Source: a virus
Lineage: Duplodnaviria; Caudoviricetes
DNA: 64,000 bases
IMG/VR virus record: IMGVR_UViG_2524614838_000004
Location: 1 to 64,000 of that record
Strand: one strand, 5' to 3'
The notes below the pieces were generated by a model. That model was not told the DNA's origin, ran no database searches, and saw only the letters and a list, made by a program, of their open reading frames with translations. The position numbers and the translations under genes are program-made. Below, one piece after another: positions 62,894-64,000 of the stretch; positions within the stretch are counted from its first letter, which is position 1; every line of letters starts with the position of its first letter.

Positions 62894-62963
62894 CAAGTTG
62901 TAACGTCACAACTTTTCGGGCCTGGGATCTCCCGGGCCTTTTCTTTTTGATTGGAGGATTATC

Positions 62964-63824
62964 ATGGAGATTAAAAAACTACTTACACCGTATAACCATA
63001 ATATCGGCACTCTGGATCGTATCAAGTACATCGTGATCCATTATGTTGGGGCCCTGGGAGGTGCAGAAGCAAACTGTAAATACTACGCGTCCCAATACAT
63101 TGGAGCCAGCGCTCATTATTATGTCGGGTTTGATGGGGGAGTTTGGCAGTCTGTTGAGGATCAGAACATAGCATGGCATTGCGGAGCAAAAACCTATACT
63201 CACCCGGAATGCCGGAATGCAAACAGCCTGGGGATCGAGCTCTGTGTTAGGAATAAGGGGAGTCAGGCGGATACAAGCTGGGATTGGTATTTTGAGGAGG
63301 CTACGGTGCAGGCAGCCATTGAACTGACCAAGGAACTGATGGCGAAGTACAACATCTCTGCAGATCATGTAATACGGCACTATGATGTGACCGGGAAGAT
63401 TTGTCCCAATCCTTATGTTTATAATCACACACAGCATACTTGGGAGGCATTTAAGACGGCTCTGACGGCTACACCGGAAAAGAAATTCGGCTGGCTCCAG
63501 GAGGACGGCGGATGGAGATTCTACAACGGTGATACCGGCGAGTATGTCCGTAATGATTGGCACCAGGATCCTGATGGTAAATGGTACTGGTTTGATGGTG
63601 CCGGTATGATGGTCTCAAACGTCTGGTATCAGCACAAGGGCGCATGGTACTACCTGGGACCAGACGGCGTTATGTGTGCTTCACAACTTGTAGAAAATTC
63701 CGGAAAGATTTATGCGGTAGATGCGGATGGTAAAATGGTTACTGAACCTGTAATGTTAACTCCTGATGCTGATGGTGCATTGCAGTATCCGGGGTTAGCT
63801 AACCAATTATTTACCAACCTTTAA
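62964..63824 (+). CDS. Endolysin: N-acetylmuramoyl-L-alanine amidase with cell-wall-binding repeats
   Basis: YIVIHY, ASAHY, AWHCG, SLGIELC, VIRHYDVTGKICP; WYWFD/WYYL repeats. Confidence 0.95.
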   Translation: MEIKKLLTPYNHNIGTLDRIKYIVIHYVGALGGAEANCKYYASQYIGASAHYYVGFDGGVWQSVEDQNIAWHCGAKTYTHPECRNANSLGIELCVRNKGSQADTSWDWYFEEATVQAAIELTKELMAKYNISADHVIRHYDVTGKICPNPYVYNHTQHTWEAFKTALTATPEKKFGWLQEDGGWRFYNGDTGEYVRNDWHQDPDGKWYWFDGAGMMVSNVWYQHKGAWYYLGPDGVMCASQLVENSGKIYAVDADGKMVTEPVMLTPDADGALQYPGLANQLFTNL

Positions 63825-63871
63825 ATTGTAAGTATATTTGAAATGAAGTTAGGTGAAGATAATTGTAAAAT

Positions 63872-64000
63872 ATGGATGAAATAGAAAGGAAAGTGTGGTA
63901 TAATGGCAATCAATGGGGGGTACATAGATGTGAAGAATGAAAATGCATTAATTGCTTTAGCCTATATAAAAGAAACAGATAATCCATTAACAGTATTTTG
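63872..64000 (+). other. Start of a post-lysis moron (promoter plus ORF running off the window)
   Basis: TGGTATAAT extended -10 near 63896-63904, AT-rich open frame. Confidence 0.4.

Larger units (their letters stand above)
890..64000. mobile_element. Temperate prophage, possibly defective; right end lies beyond the window
   Basis: Integrase, immunity, replication, terminase, tail-tip and lysis modules in canonical order. Confidence 0.95.

Noticed and set aside
62979-63563. 194-aa minus-strand ORF
   Set aside because: Antisense shadow of the endolysin.
1-64000. CRISPR array, diversity-generating retroelement or retron
   Set aside because: No regularly spaced repeat-spacer run and no reverse-transcriptase ORF seen; tail variation is explained by inversion.

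Overview
Bases 1-825 are host DNA (a DUF975-type membrane gene; the gene content looks Clostridia/Lachnospiraceae-like). From about 890 to beyond the window end is one large temperate prophage. Its modules in order: serine integrase and ImmA/ImmR/Cro immunity (0.9-4.5 kb); early genes including AbrB/SpoVT-like and Spo0A C-terminal regulators; recombination (SMC-like ATPase, HD protein, RecT, MBL nuclease, two SSBs); replication (initiator with iterons, primase-helicase); DNA-modification genes; a divergent HTH-controlled cluster of small genes; TerS; a 1.1-kb tRNA/ncRNA cluster; TerL; tail-tip genes; lysis. No portal, capsid, tail tube or tape-measure gene is visible. The strongest unexplained signals are: (1) two morons whose promoter spacer is a 17-nt complement of their own terminator, a candidate self-antiterminating cassette; (2) a 45-48-nt SD-sequestering hairpin with two palindromes in front of three modification genes; (3) an HxHxDH nuclease gene repaired exactly by a 5-nt ribosomal hop GGT-TA-GGC; (4) an invertible two-option tail-fibre tip with no adjacent invertase; (5) apparent insertion into a YlmC/YmxH-like sporulation gene, which would make the element skin-like. 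Product names come from recognised motifs, not database searches.
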